The notes below the pieces were generated by a model, which was given only the letters and a program-made list of their open reading frames with translations, made no database searches and was not told the DNA's origin. This document shows, in pieces, positions 9,834 to 20,340 of a stretch of DNA of 64,000 bases. The DNA lies in assembly GCA_965220015.1 (NCBI GenBank), contig OZ244798.1, positions 3,298,063-3,362,062 on the forward strand, given 5' to 3'. Positions within the stretch are counted from its first letter, which is position 1, and each line of letters opens with the position of its first letter. A program made the translations under genes and the position numbers. This DNA is from Chloroflexota bacterium (GTDB lineage: Bacteria; Chloroflexota; UBA11872; VXOZ01).

Positions 9834-11648
9834 ATGGCACTCCCCGTATTTGGACGCCAGGTTCTTATCGAGCGCGCCTATGGCATCTTGGAACAGGGCG
9901 GGAGCGAGATGCACATTGCAGCGCTCGCGCGCGCCGCCATGCAGATGGACGGCGATCTCCCCGACACGTTGCTGCGTCTCGTCGAAGATAGGCTTGTCGC
10001 CGACGGCCGCTTTACTCGGGACGCTGCGGGCCAGTGGGGACTGGTACAGTGGCAAAACCCTACTGACGACGCGCTCGGCGCTCAGGTATTCGTCGTGCTG
10101 GACGTTGAAACCACAGGGGGTATTGCCGGGCGCCACCGCATAATTGAGCTGGGCGCGGTGCGCATCTGCAACGGTGAAGAGATCGCGCGCTTTCAGTCGT
10201 TTGTAAATCCCGGACAGCGGGTCAGCAAGCGCATCTGGGAACTTACCGGCATCAGCGATGACATGCTGAGCGATGCGCCAACCGCGGGGCCGGTGCTCGA
10301 CGAATTCTATGCCTTTGTCGCCCACGTGCCGGTTGTCGGTCACAACATCGCCTCAGACTTCAGCTTCCTGCGCAACGAAGCGCTATGGACAAAGCGCCGC
10401 CCGCTCACCAATCCCGCCATTGATACGGTGACGCTGAGCACACGGCTATTTCCGGATCTCAAGCGGCCCAGCCTGGAGCGCCTGGCCCGTCACTTTGGTT
10501 TGAACGATGCGCCAAAGCACCGCGCCCTCATCGATGCCCACGTGACTGCCCAGTGTTTCGCGCGTCTGCTCCAGCAGATTCCTACTGAGCATGGGGCGAG
10601 CTTACAGACGTTCTTGGCATGGCTGGAAGGCGGCCAAGAGGCACGCGTGCCTGCCCACCGCGCCGCGCTGCAAGCGCAAATTCGGCTCCTGCCCTCGCTC
10701 CCCGGCATCTATATTTTTCGGGATAGCGAAGGGGCCGTGCTTTACGTGGGCAAATCCAAGTCGCTCCAGCGCAGAGTCCGCAGCCACCTTTCCAACCCTG
10801 ACCGACTCTTCGACGGCATGATCGAGCGGCTCGATCGCATTGATGTCGAAGTCACCGGCTCCGAATTCGAAGCGCTCCTCCGGGAAGCCCAAGTGATCCA
10901 GGAATTGCAGCCGGTCTACAACGTGCAGCAGCAGTATCGTCCCATGCAGCCCTACGTCCGCGTGTGGCGCAGCAAGACGGAGGGCATAAAGGTGCGCACG
11001 AGCAGTCGGCTGCGGCCGGATGATTCGGCGTACTTTGGGCCTTACCAGAACCGCGCGGCAGCAAGCTGGAATGCGCGCGTGGCGCGACGCGTGCTGCACG
11101 CAACTGCCGGTCTTTCGGCCCAGGACCAAGCGAATCTCGTGTTCCAATTCCTCGCGGAGGGGCCGGACTCGGTGGTAACCCACTGGCAAGAACGCAGTTC
11201 GGCCGAGGTAGAGGCGGCGCTGCGCATACTGCGCCGGCTCCGCGCGCACCACCGCCCACTCTCCGGCGGCTTTGCCGGTCACACCATTGTGCTCATCTAT
11301 CCTGCCGACCCGCCGGGCAAAGTTCACCTCTTCTTCGTCCGCAACGGTCAGATACTGGGCCGGGAAACGCTGGGGCCGGCAGCGGAAGCGGCATGTGACG
11401 AAAAGCTCCAGGCATTCTTTGCCCACTACCTCGCTCTGCCCGATTCTGCGGCGTCCGCGGATACGATTCGCCACTTCGTGCTGCAGTGGGTGTACCAGCA
11501 CCGCGATGACCCCGCGGTCATTCCCATCGATCCATCTCGCCTGCAAGACGCGATGACTGCGGCCGGCAAACGCCTCAAACGCTTAGGTGTGATCGAACCG
11601 GCGACGGCTGCGGAAACCCTTCTCTTGCAGGAGACACTGCTCGAGTAG
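9834..11648 (+). CDS. DnaQ-like 3'-5' exonuclease fused to a GIY-YIG (Cho/UvrC-N-like) nuclease domain
   Basis: DEDDh exonuclease motifs VVLDVETTGG, VVGHNIASDFSFL and HRALIDAHVTAQ, followed by the GIY-YIG motif GIYIFRDSEGAVLYVGKSKSLQRRV. Same architecture as mycobacterial Cho-epsilon fusions. Confidence 0.75.
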   Translation: MALPVFGRQVLIERAYGILEQGGSEMHIAALARAAMQMDGDLPDTLLRLVEDRLVADGRFTRDAAGQWGLVQWQNPTDDALGAQVFVVLDVETTGGIAGRHRIIELGAVRICNGEEIARFQSFVNPGQRVSKRIWELTGISDDMLSDAPTAGPVLDEFYAFVAHVPVVGHNIASDFSFLRNEALWTKRRPLTNPAIDTVTLSTRLFPDLKRPSLERLARHFGLNDAPKHRALIDAHVTAQCFARLLQQIPTEHGASLQTFLAWLEGGQEARVPAHRAALQAQIRLLPSLPGIYIFRDSEGAVLYVGKSKSLQRRVRSHLSNPDRLFDGMIERLDRIDVEVTGSEFEALLREAQVIQELQPVYNVQQQYRPMQPYVRVWRSKTEGIKVRTSSRLRPDDSAYFGPYQNRAAASWNARVARRVLHATAGLSAQDQANLVFQFLAEGPDSVVTHWQERSSAEVEAALRILRRLRAHHRPLSGGFAGHTIVLIYPADPPGKVHLFFVRNGQILGRETLGPAAEAACDEKLQAFFAHYLALPDSAASADTIRHFVLQWVYQHRDDPAVIPIDPSRLQDAMTAAGKRLKRLGVIEPATAAETLLLQETLLE

Positions 11649-11988
11649 GGAAGAGCCGTTCTTTTCTTGAAACTATGCTGAGGGCTCTTGTGCTCAAGTG
11701 TCCGCAACGCACGCGCGACCTGGACCCGGCACATCGCGGACTTTGCGGTCCAAAAGCGCGGCAGAGGGAGACAGGCTGCGGCAGACCTTTCCTGAGTCAC
11801 TTCCTAGTTTCAAAGCAAACCAACATTGCGCCGGTGGAGACTACCGCAGCGCGGGGGCTTGTCCCCCGCCCGGATTGAGACGAGCGCTTACCGATTGGGG
11901 TTTGTCAGTGTGACCGTGGTCTCGTTTCACTAGGAAGCGTATGACGATGGGTGCAGCCTAGGGTTGCACCCATCGTAACCTTCCCTGC

Positions 11989-12399
11989 TCAGCGTTTGCG
12001 CTTCTGCACTTCGGCGCGTTCTGCCGGTGTCAGGTTGACGATGAAGATAACGCCCGTTATCAGCGCGGGAAGTGCCGCGATGCACCAGATAACCATGTCG
12101 GCAACGCTCTGCATGCGCACAACGAGCAGCGATGAGAGCAAGAAACCGGCAATCAGCCAGTACACGCCTCCCGCCAGCGGATGCCGCCGGGTCGCTATGC
12201 CGCCCGCAATCCCAATGCCTACCGGTATGAAGTGCACCGGGAGACTATCCTGAGGCAGATCGGGGATTCCCACCCAAGGGCCGACCCCCACAATGCCCCA
12301 GACGAACGTCCAGAGGAGCATAAGCGCCCAGCCGCTGCGGCGGTAGAGATGGATGCGAGGAGATGGCGCCTCATCACTCTTCTTTTTGTCCGGTGGCAT
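11989..12399 (-). CDS. hypothetical small membrane protein
   Basis: 3-4 predicted TM helices. Likely start MPPDKKK at 12399 after an aaagg-like RBS. No recognisable family. Confidence 0.35.
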   Translation of the reverse strand: MPPDKKKSDEAPSPRIHLYRRSGWALMLLWTFVWGIVGVGPWVGIPDLPQDSLPVHFIPVGIGIAGGIATRRHPLAGGVYWLIAGFLLSSLLVVRMQSVADMVIWCIAALPALITGVIFIVNLTPAERAEVQKRKR

Positions 12400-12826
12400 G
12401 GTTGGCTGTGCCTTTCGCGTTTCTTGTTTTTCTACAGAGAGAAGCGGGAACGCAATTCTCGTCATTCCCGCGAAAAGCCTGCCCCGAACTTGATACGGGG
12501 CGAGAGACTATCTTCGTGTCTACGCCTTGCCCGCTCCGACACCAAGCAAGGCTTGCCACGCGCTCCATGCCCTGCGGGAGAACTCTTGCCTGGTACAGAT
12601 TCCCCCTCACCCTAACCCTCTCCCGCCGGGAGAGGGGACTTTCTCGCCTCGGCAAGGGTTTTGCAATGGTCTCCTCAAGGGAGAAGGGATTCTCATCTCT
12701 GCAATGCGTCTGTAAAATGGGCTTCTGCGCCAAAGTAATCTGTGATTGGCAGCCTCAATTTCAGACATAAGATTGACTTCACCGCAAGCATCAGCCGTGC
12801 CCTACGAACGGGCACACGAGACTGAT

Positions 12827-13600
12827 CTACTCAACCGGCGTTAGCGCCATTTGCGCGGTCGAGCCGCCATCCACGTAGAGCACCTGGCCGGTAACAAAGT
12901 CGGCGCCATCGGAAGCCAGGAATGCTGCGACGTTTGCAATATCCGCGGGACGCCCGACGCGCCCCCACGGCACTTGGCTCGCGCCCTTCTCGGTTGTGTA
13001 ATCCGGGTTGTCAAAGTAGCGGGGCACTTCAATGAGGCCCGGGCCAATCGTATTCACCCGGACATTGTGGGGCGCCAGTTCGATTGCAAGCGTACGGGTC
13101 AGCGCATTGACCGCGCCCTTTGTCCCGGCATAGGCCACGTGGGACGGATAGCCCGCATAGCCATGCACGGAGGATATATTGACAATGCTACCGCCGCCGT
13201 GCGCCAGCATATGGGGCAATGCCTGTTGCGCGCAAAAGAAATAGCCGCGCACATTCAGGTCGAACATCAGGTTGTAATGCGCTTCAGTAGTCTCTTGAAA
13301 CGGCTTCTCCACGGTAACGCCGGCATTGTTGACGAGAATGTCGAGGCCGCCCAGGCCCGCCGCGGCCTCCTCCACGGCGCGGCGACACTCCGCGACGTTT
13401 GTCAGGTCGGCCTCAATAGGGACTGCGGTACCACCATTCTCCCGGATAGTCGCCACAGTTTCTCGTCCGCCGGCCACGCTATCCGCGTAGTAGTGCACTG
13501 CCACTGCCGCGCCTTGGCGGGCAAGTCCTAACGCGATCCCCTGCCCAATACCAACTCCTGCGCCGGTAACCAACGCCCGCCGCCCCTCAAGTGCGCTCAT
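12827..13600 (-). CDS. SDR family oxidoreductase (3-oxoacyl-ACP reductase/glucose dehydrogenase-like)
   Basis: [12 protein letters not shown] Rossmann motif, NNAG, and the catalytic S...YxxxK signature (YAGTK). 257 aa. Confidence 0.8.
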   Translation of the reverse strand: MSALEGRRALVTGAGVGIGQGIALGLARQGAAVAVHYYADSVAGGRETVATIRENGGTAVPIEADLTNVAECRRAVEEAAAGLGGLDILVNNAGVTVEKPFQETTEAHYNLMFDLNVRGYFFCAQQALPHMLAHGGGSIVNISSVHGYAGYPSHVAYAGTKGAVNALTRTLAIELAPHNVRVNTIGPGLIEVPRYFDNPDYTTEKGASQVPWGRVGRPADIANVAAFLASDGADFVTGQVLYVDGGSTAQMALTPVE

Positions 13601-13789
13601 ATATATCTCCTTTGTCCACTGATTCGCGTCGCTCCTGTTCTCTCAGGTCATTCCCTAAGCATCTCCCCGTCTCCCAGCCCTATCTTCGCGCGCCTTCGGC
13701 GGTACCGACCGCCAGTCGCCTACGTGTAGAATGCCATCGCCCTCGGCTCTATCGGACAAAGAGCCGCAACTCTTCCCCTCCGCGTGCTG

Positions 13790-15181
13790 CTAGTCCACGC
13801 CGTTGATTCCCGCTGCAAGCTGGGCAATGAGCGGCTGTATGTTGTTGCACTCTTCAAGGCGTTCGAGTTTGCCGAATATGTCTTCCGCCACTAATGCATG
13901 CAGTGGCTGGTATGCGTAGGCGGCGCAGGCAAGGAATTTCGCCAAGCGCTCTGCCCGCGTCAGCGGCAAACCCGGTTCGCCTTTGATGTCGGCGTGGCTG
14001 ATCGTTGCCTGGCGTCCATCCTTTAGCTGCACGGAGAGGCGTTCATGCGTACCATGCTCGGCATTGGGCAACCGGTGCACCTGAATCGACTCTGCCAGCG
14101 CGCGCACGTCCGTCGCTGCACGCACCGCCTCCGGCACAAAGTCCGCCAGCGCAGGCGCGTCGTGAAGCAACGCAAACGCCACCGTCCATTGTGCGCTGAA
14201 CTGCGCATCCACCTGCGGATTCTGCCGGATTGTAAAGGGCTGACCGATCAAGGCGTACGCGCGGGGCTGCAGCCAGACCTCCACGGCATTGATCGCGTCC
14301 GCTGAAAACGGACCCAACTGCGCTTTGGCCTCAAGCGCCATGTCTATCGGCCGGTGCGCCGCGCGGCAACTCGGATACGGCTTAAGCGCGATCTCATCCA
14401 CCGCGAATTTTTGTCCCAGCCCGGACGTAAGGACCGATTCGTCGCCACTGCCGTTTCCGAAAAGCACATAGAGTCCGAACGAGCCCGTGGTAATTTCATG
14501 GGGGCCGGTGACGCCGATTTCAGCCAGCGCTGCGGCGTGGACGCCCGCGCGGGCACTAAACGCCGGTGTCAGCCGTTTGGCAACATTTCCTTCCAGGAGT
14601 CCCTGCCGATTGCCCTGCGCCTGCGCGTAGGCGAGCCCAATGGCGTTGGCCAGGCCTGCCGCTGTCAAGCCAAGCAGCTTGCCACTCGCTGCTGCCGCGC
14701 CCAGGCCGCCGAAAACGGCAGTGGGCAGCCAGCCGACGTGCATATGGGGCAGTACGGAGAGGCCAAGCCGAATTTGCAGCTCCGCGGCTGCGGCCAGCGT
14801 CGTGATGAGATCACGCCCTGAAATCGGCTCGCCCAAACTCTCAGCAGTAGCCAGCGCCGCGGGCAGCAGCGCTACGAAGACGTGCTGATTTGAGGCGCGG
14901 TGGGAGTCGTCGAAGTCGTGGGCGTGGATCATGGCCGCGTTGAGCCAAGCCGCCGTAGGCGCGGGCAGACGGTGACCGTAGACGAGCACCGTCGCCTCGG
15001 GTGCGCCTCCCCAGCGGACGTGACGCTCCACAATTTCCGGGCTCAAAGGAGCAGCCGACCCGGCAAGGGCACACGCCAAAGAGTCAGCTATCTGAACCTT
15101 GACGGCAGCTTCCGTGGTTGGCGGCAGGTCCTCGAACCGCAAATCACGCACGAACGCGACCAGTTCTGCTACGGGGCCCAT
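13790..15181 (-). CDS. MmgE/PrpD family protein (2-methylcitrate dehydratase-like)
   Basis: 463 aa. The N-terminal region (DSLACALAG ... HAHDFDD) is typical of PrpD/MmgE/IDS-epimerase family. Confidence 0.75.
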   Translation of the reverse strand: MGPVAELVAFVRDLRFEDLPPTTEAAVKVQIADSLACALAGSAAPLSPEIVERHVRWGGAPEATVLVYGHRLPAPTAAWLNAAMIHAHDFDDSHRASNQHVFVALLPAALATAESLGEPISGRDLITTLAAAAELQIRLGLSVLPHMHVGWLPTAVFGGLGAAAASGKLLGLTAAGLANAIGLAYAQAQGNRQGLLEGNVAKRLTPAFSARAGVHAAALAEIGVTGPHEITTGSFGLYVLFGNGSGDESVLTSGLGQKFAVDEIALKPYPSCRAAHRPIDMALEAKAQLGPFSADAINAVEVWLQPRAYALIGQPFTIRQNPQVDAQFSAQWTVAFALLHDAPALADFVPEAVRAATDVRALAESIQVHRLPNAEHGTHERLSVQLKDGRQATISHADIKGEPGLPLTRAERLAKFLACAAYAYQPLHALVAEDIFGKLERLEECNNIQPLIAQLAAGINGVD

Positions 15182-15274
15182 GAAAATGCCCCACCGCGCA
15201 TCATCGCTTACGATTGCTCCTACTATGAAGAGTGCTGATCTTGCTACTTTGCGGTTCCTCAGCGCGCATCATTG

Positions 15275-16495
15275 CTATGCGAGATACGCCTCGATGTTTT
15301 CAACCGCTTCGCTGGGCGGCAGCACCTGCGTGGCAAAGCCAAAGCCGTGCGCATTGTTGAAATAGTCAAGTTTGGCCGCCTCGGCAATCGTATCGACGCT
15401 CTGCACCACCTCGCCATCGACCAGGAATACGAATTTTCCTGAGTGGGTCTTGAGCAGTTCGTCACGCATTTCGAGATAGACGCGCGCCTGCGCCCGCGTC
15501 GCTGCAAGGATTGCCGCGGCTTTTGCGTGGGTGAACTCCGATTCCGGCCGAGTCTCGAACTGGAGACCGAATGACTCCGGTGTTTCACCCAGGACTTCAA
15601 TCTGATCGAGCTCCGTTGTGCCAAGGCCGGCTGCGGCAGCGAGCTTGATATGGTTTTCGGCAATGAAGAAGGGCGGAGTACCGAAATCGGCCTGCGGATC
15701 GAAGCCCATCACCTGCATGCCGACGGCGTCCGTGGCGATAGAATTGGCGCCCGCCATGACGAGCCCGGCCTCTTTCGGTTCGCCGCTCATCCCATGATTC
15801 GTGCCCACAATGCCGTCGATCACCTGGAAAGATTGCGGAAAGGCCTGGTTCACTGTGACGAACATTCGCATCAGACGGTGGGCGTTCTGGTGCATGAACC
15901 CCCGATTGCCTGCGCCATAGTGCGCGCGCGGCAGCAAGCCAAACATGTTCTTCGTCGATAGCGTGAAGCCCGCGGTTTGGTGGCACTTGAGCTTTGCCAA
16001 AGAGACGTACGCATCGGCTTCCGCGATCTCACGGCGCACCCAAAGATAGCGCATCATCACGCCGTCGGGGACAGGTACCTGCACGAACTCCCCTTCGTTG
16101 CAGTCCAAAAGGGTCAAATCATACTCCCTTGCCAATGCCGTTGCGCCCATGAAGTCGAAGATATCCTCTTTGGTGCGGTGCGCATGCCGGGTGTCCAATC
16201 CGTCGCCATAGTAAATCGTCGCGCTGGGGTTTGCCTCCCGAATCAGCTTGATGGCGGCGGCGCAGACGGCAGGTTCCGTGTTGTGCGCGTGCCGCCCCTT
16301 GTACATGCGCACGTCATCATTGCTGGCTCTAGACATTACGCCCACGTAGTTGGGCTTGACCATGATGCGCTTGGCAGCGCGCACGGCCTGGGGAATGCCG
16401 CCGATGGCCTCTACCGCTTGCGCAACCGCCGCATCCACTTCGCCTTGACTGGCGCTAATCGCACAGCGTTTAATCGCGACTCTTGGTTTGGACAT
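15275..16495 (-). CDS. DUF362 domain-containing protein
   Basis: ATG at 16495 preceded by an aggagg RBS. Core VAIKRC...VKPNYV is typical of DUF362. Confidence 0.65.
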   Translation of the reverse strand: MSKPRVAIKRCAISASQGEVDAAVAQAVEAIGGIPQAVRAAKRIMVKPNYVGVMSRASNDDVRMYKGRHAHNTEPAVCAAAIKLIREANPSATIYYGDGLDTRHAHRTKEDIFDFMGATALAREYDLTLLDCNEGEFVQVPVPDGVMMRYLWVRREIAEADAYVSLAKLKCHQTAGFTLSTKNMFGLLPRAHYGAGNRGFMHQNAHRLMRMFVTVNQAFPQSFQVIDGIVGTNHGMSGEPKEAGLVMAGANSIATDAVGMQVMGFDPQADFGTPPFFIAENHIKLAAAAGLGTTELDQIEVLGETPESFGLQFETRPESEFTHAKAAAILAATRAQARVYLEMRDELLKTHSGKFVFLVDGEVVQSVDTIAEAAKLDYFNNAHGFGFATQVLPPSEAVENIEAYLA

Positions 16496-16614
16496 AGCAC
16501 GCTGCCTCCTGAAGGTTAGGGAACTCTCTGTCATTATATAGTCTTTGGTGCGCAGGGCCTTGCTTTCCAGCGCTAGAGTCAGCCATCATTGCCTGAGCGC
16601 GTTCGCCGCGCGGG

Positions 16615-16750
16615 TATTTTCTCCGGTAGCATGCATTCTTCTCCGCTTACGTGCGTTCTTCTCCGCTAGCATGCTGCCTTCTCCGCTAGCGCGCTGCTTC
16701 TTCCGGTAGCGTGCTGCATTCTCCGGTAGCGTAGGTTTGTAACCTGCGCC
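16615..16750. repeat. Tandem array of about six 20-bp units (ttctccgctagcatgctgcc-like) terminating in a REP family-B palindrome (ccggtagcgtaggtttgtaacctgcgcc)
   Basis: Directly visible tandem periodicity at 16615-16722. The units resemble one arm of the family-B element. Lies in the divergent intergenic region. Confidence 0.7.
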
Positions 16751-16888
16751 GGGGATGGGCGGGGCTCGAACCTTCGCGCTCCATTTGCTAAACACATTCG
16801 CACGCGGAATCAGCGCAAAGGGGTGGCAAACTCCACAATGACGTGGTGAAATAGTGATGAGCCCGGCGTCCAAGAGAGGGAAAGAGGA

Positions 16889-17509
16889 ATGAAAGACAAG
16901 CGGCCGTTACTTTGGCCGGCCCTGCTGTGGCTGCTCGTGCTTGGGGGCTGCAATTTGACAGGCGTGTCCGCGCCTGAGACGCAACGGCCGACCTTGGACT
17001 ATAGCTGGGTGGCGACGACGCCGTGGGCTGAACTGGCGGGGCACTACGACCGCGCCAACGTCTTTATCGCCAAGAATTACTACGAACGCCAAAAGGCGTA
17101 CGCCAGCGGTGAGATTCCGCCTCCGCCCTACCTTCGCTCCGATGCCTACACCAGTCACCCGCTGGCCTATTACACCTTGAAGAGAGCGCCCCGGGTTCGA
17201 GCGCCGGCAGAGCCAAGTACCGCCTCAGCACGTTCAGAAGCAAGCGCCGCGCCAGCACAAGACTCGGCGGCGTTGCACTTCGCGCGCGGCCTCACGTACT
17301 ACGATCTTGGCGACTTCGATAGCGCAATCAAAGAGTTCAGCCGCGCTATCCAACTCGACGGCCGCCACGCGCGCGCCTTCGCCTTCCGCGCGCTCTCTTA
17401 CAGCTACACCGGTAGCGACGCCAGAGCGCAGGCAGACCTGCAGAGCGCGATCCGCCTCAAGGCGGAGCCCAGGCTCATTGCCGAAGTGCGGCGGGGCCTG
17501 GGGCAGTGA
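16889..17509 (+). CDS. TPR-repeat lipoprotein
   Basis: Signal peptide with lipobox LLVLGGC. TPR repeats (LTYYDLGDFDSAIKEFSRAIQLD ...). RBS gagagggaaagagga. Confidence 0.7.
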   Translation: MKDKRPLLWPALLWLLVLGGCNLTGVSAPETQRPTLDYSWVATTPWAELAGHYDRANVFIAKNYYERQKAYASGEIPPPPYLRSDAYTSHPLAYYTLKRAPRVRAPAEPSTASARSEASAAPAQDSAALHFARGLTYYDLGDFDSAIKEFSRAIQLDGRHARAFAFRALSYSYTGSDARAQADLQSAIRLKAEPRLIAEVRRGLGQ

Positions 17510-17587
17510 CCCTATTCCTAGAGCCGCCAGAAACTTTCGGCAAGGCTGCCCGTCTTGGGGACACCCGCACACTACCCGGTTAGACCT

Positions 17588-17632
17588 TCACGACCGTTCA
17601 CGGTTCGACAGGCTCACCGCGAACGGTCGTGG
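17588..17632. terminator. Putative bidirectional intrinsic terminator between convergent genes
   Basis: Hairpin cgaccgttcacgg ... ccgcgaacggtcg (13-bp stem, one mismatch) followed by a short T-containing tract. Lies between the 3' ends of convergent CDS 16889..17509 and 17751..19064. Confidence 0.35.
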
Positions 17633-17750
17633 GTTATTCGCCACGACTACAATGCTGGCAAACGCTTCGCGCGAAAGCTATGCCGGAGAGGATTCGCGAA
17701 ATAGCGCGGCGCGCTTCCGAGCCAAAGATACGTAGTCAAGGAAGCAACGC

Positions 17751-19064
17751 TCAGGCTACCAGCGCGCCCAATGCCTCGTGCGCGGCACGCTCCTTGGCGT
17801 AGATTTCCAGGATGCGTTCCTGCAGTCCGGCGCGGAGGCTGGCGCTCTCTGCATCAGAAAGCGGGAAGTCCTTGCTAATGGACTGCTCCAGCGCGGTAAG
17901 CTTAGTCCAGATGCCTTCCAACTCCTCAGTAACCGCGGGGGCCCGGCCTAAGAAGAGTTCTTCCCGGCGGGCGAGCAGTTGCTTAGCCTCACGGAAGGGC
18001 GCCACGTCATTGGGCAACGCCGCGTCTGCCAGGTCGCTCCAAAGCCGGCCGAGTTCGGCGTACATCTCCGCCAACGGCACGAACGCTTCATCGTCCAGAG
18101 CCGCTGCCGCCTCGCGGAAGAACTCGGCATAGAGCGGGCGCATCAGGCCGCCGCCGGTATGGTAGTGCTCGACAAAGTCATACACCGAGCGCAACCCCTG
18201 CAGGAGGCGATGTCCGGGCGGAAACACCTGCTCCCAGCTCTCCTTGCCTTTGCTGCCGTGAATGCGGTCCGCCCAGGTCTTGAAAGCCTCCAGGGTAAAA
18301 TTCTTCATGCGCTGGTGCAGCAGTCCGTCGTGGCACGCCGTGATGCCCGCCCGCACCGCTTCGCGCAGGTCGATTTTCTGCTCCGGGGCGGCAACGGTCA
18401 TTACGCGATTCTTCTGCTTCTTGATGCGCGCGCGGGCTTCCGCCAGGTCATTAAGCGTAATCGTGATCGGCTGATCGGTGAGATCGCCAATCAGCGCTTC
18501 GCCGTCAGCCACGCGGTAGACCGTCACCACGTGGTAGCCGCCGCCTTCCATGCCCACGGGCGCGCCCCGATAGGGCAGGAGGCCCATATCCACCCACGCA
18601 ATGGCGCAACCGGTCGCGTCAACCGCGTCTGTCAATAGCGTGGCGGCCTTCTTCTTGGAGCCGGATTCGTGGACGGTCGGCGTGACGCCAAAGCGCGGGC
18701 AGGCGTTCTTCAGATACACGTCGCCGTCATGCCAGCTATGCCGTCCGGCAACGTAGAAGCTGGCAAAATCCTCGGCCGCGTAGTAGAAGTGAAACACACC
18801 GGCGCCGACGCCTCCGGCAATGCCAAAGACCATAGATTCCGTAAAGGGTTCGCCCGTATGCGGATTAGTGACCCCGGCATGAGCCAACGCCGCGCGCAGG
18901 GCCGTGGTTTCCGGGTGAACACCGGGAAAGTGTGGAGAATCTAACAAGGTATCATCACCTCTGGTTTGGGCCGCAAGTACGTGGCGGCGAGCGGTGGTGT
19001 AGCGTTCGCCGGTCTTCGCCATGCGGGCACGGACGCGTTGCTTGAAGTGCTTTTGCTTTGTCAT
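17751..19064 (-). CDS. hypothetical protein, possibly BtrH_N/DUF4872-like
   Basis: 437 aa with a basic N-terminus (KQKHFKQRVRARMAKTGERYTTARRH). Weak recollection of BtrH N-terminal/DUF4872 architecture. Not verifiable here. Confidence 0.35.
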   Translation of the reverse strand: MTKQKHFKQRVRARMAKTGERYTTARRHVLAAQTRGDDTLLDSPHFPGVHPETTALRAALAHAGVTNPHTGEPFTESMVFGIAGGVGAGVFHFYYAAEDFASFYVAGRHSWHDGDVYLKNACPRFGVTPTVHESGSKKKAATLLTDAVDATGCAIAWVDMGLLPYRGAPVGMEGGGYHVVTVYRVADGEALIGDLTDQPITITLNDLAEARARIKKQKNRVMTVAAPEQKIDLREAVRAGITACHDGLLHQRMKNFTLEAFKTWADRIHGSKGKESWEQVFPPGHRLLQGLRSVYDFVEHYHTGGGLMRPLYAEFFREAAAALDDEAFVPLAEMYAELGRLWSDLADAALPNDVAPFREAKQLLARREELFLGRAPAVTEELEGIWTKLTALEQSISKDFPLSDAESASLRAGLQERILEIYAKERAAHEALGALVA

Positions 19065-19539
19065 GATCGCTGAAACCTCTTCTCAGTAAGAGAGCAACCC
19101 AGGTCCTGCGCGTTCAGGCTTCCCTCTATGAGAAACGTCCCAACGACATCGATACCGCAATTCCGTTCACTGCGGTGGCCTGCGTTCCCGAGGACACGTA
19201 TCCCCTTTGCTCTCGCCACCGCCAGCTAGCGCAGGTAGCCGGTCAGAGAGTCCGGCGCGGGAATCGCCACTATTAATCGTAGCGCAGCAAACCAACGGAG
19301 ACAACCACCCGCCTATCCTCTCATCCTCGGCATGGCTTTGCGTATGGCTAGACCCTAACCATCAACAGTCTTGGGAGGAGCGAAAGATCCCCTCTCCAGA
19401 GGGAGAGGGCTAGGGTGAGGGGAAAGGCCAGCAAGGCCAACTGCTCGACCTTTGTGGCCCTGTAGAATGAGCCAAGAGTGCTGAATTGCCGATAGGCACC
19501 GGAATGCAGGACTTTGGAATTCGCATAGCGGCCATGCGG

Positions 19540-20208
19540 TTAGAACAAACTGAGTTGGTCGGCGCCGGGATCGTCTTCGGCGGTTTCGGCAACCGCGGCT
19601 TCAGTCTCCTGCCGGTCGAAATGACCTTGATCCTGCAACTCCTTGAGGCGCTTCGCAATCGCCGGCAGCTCTTGGATGTCTTCAAAGAGCATCTGCTTGA
19701 TGGCAGGGGAGCGCAGTCCGGCGGCCGGGTGGTAGAACGGCACGTAGGCGCGGCCGTCGGCGAATTTCGGCTCGCCATGCACGGCGGAGATTTTTGCTCC
19801 GGGAAAGAAACGCGCCAGCGAAAAGCGGCCGAGCGTGACGACAATGCGGGGATCGATTGCGGCAAGTTGCCGGTCTAGGTAGCCGTTGCAGGCTGCGATT
19901 TCGTCCGGCTGCGGGTCGCGGTTGCCAGGCGGACGGCACTTGACGACGTTGGTGATGTACACCTGTTCGCGCCGCAAGCCCACCGCGGCGAGCAACTCCT
20001 CCAAGAGCTTGCCAGCCGGACCGACGAAAGGCCGCCCCTGCTGGTCTTCATTGAAGCCCGGCCCTTCACCGATGAACATAAGGCCGCTCTTGAGCGCGCC
20101 CTCGCCCGGCACGGCCTTAGTGCGCTTCTCACACAAACGGCACGCCGTGCACCGCCGCACCTCCGCGCCGATTGCTTCTAGGATTTGCTCAGGGGTCTGC
20201 TCCGCCAC
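19540..20208 (-). CDS. family 4 uracil-DNA glycosylase (Fe-S type)
   Basis: Cys cluster CTACRLC, motif A GEGPG, motif B HPAAGL. Likely GTG start at 20208 after ggagt. The upstream ORF extension is Arg-rich artefact. Confidence 0.7.
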   Translation of the reverse strand: MAEQTPEQILEAIGAEVRRCTACRLCEKRTKAVPGEGALKSGLMFIGEGPGFNEDQQGRPFVGPAGKLLEELLAAVGLRREQVYITNVVKCRPPGNRDPQPDEIAACNGYLDRQLAAIDPRIVVTLGRFSLARFFPGAKISAVHGEPKFADGRAYVPFYHPAAGLRSPAIKQMLFEDIQELPAIAKRLKELQDQGHFDRQETEAAVAETAEDDPGADQLSLF

Positions 20209-20340
20209 CAGGATACTCCGCCGCCACTGCGTGTGTTCACAAGGGTATTCTGCACCTACAGTACAGAATCTGGCCGCCACAGAGCAAGGATGAAGGAATA
20301 AGAGGTTAAGGTAGCGCCCAAGAATCACACGGTGGGCCCC

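Noticed and set aside
12363-12770. 135-aa and 144-aa ORFs between the membrane-protein gene and the SDR gene
   Set aside because: They cover family-C and family-E repeat copies (12461-12515, 12591-12690), so the translations are repeat-derived.
16586-16873. 95-aa minus-strand ORF
   Set aside because: Lies over the 20-bp tandem array and REP in the divergent intergenic region. Repetitive translation.
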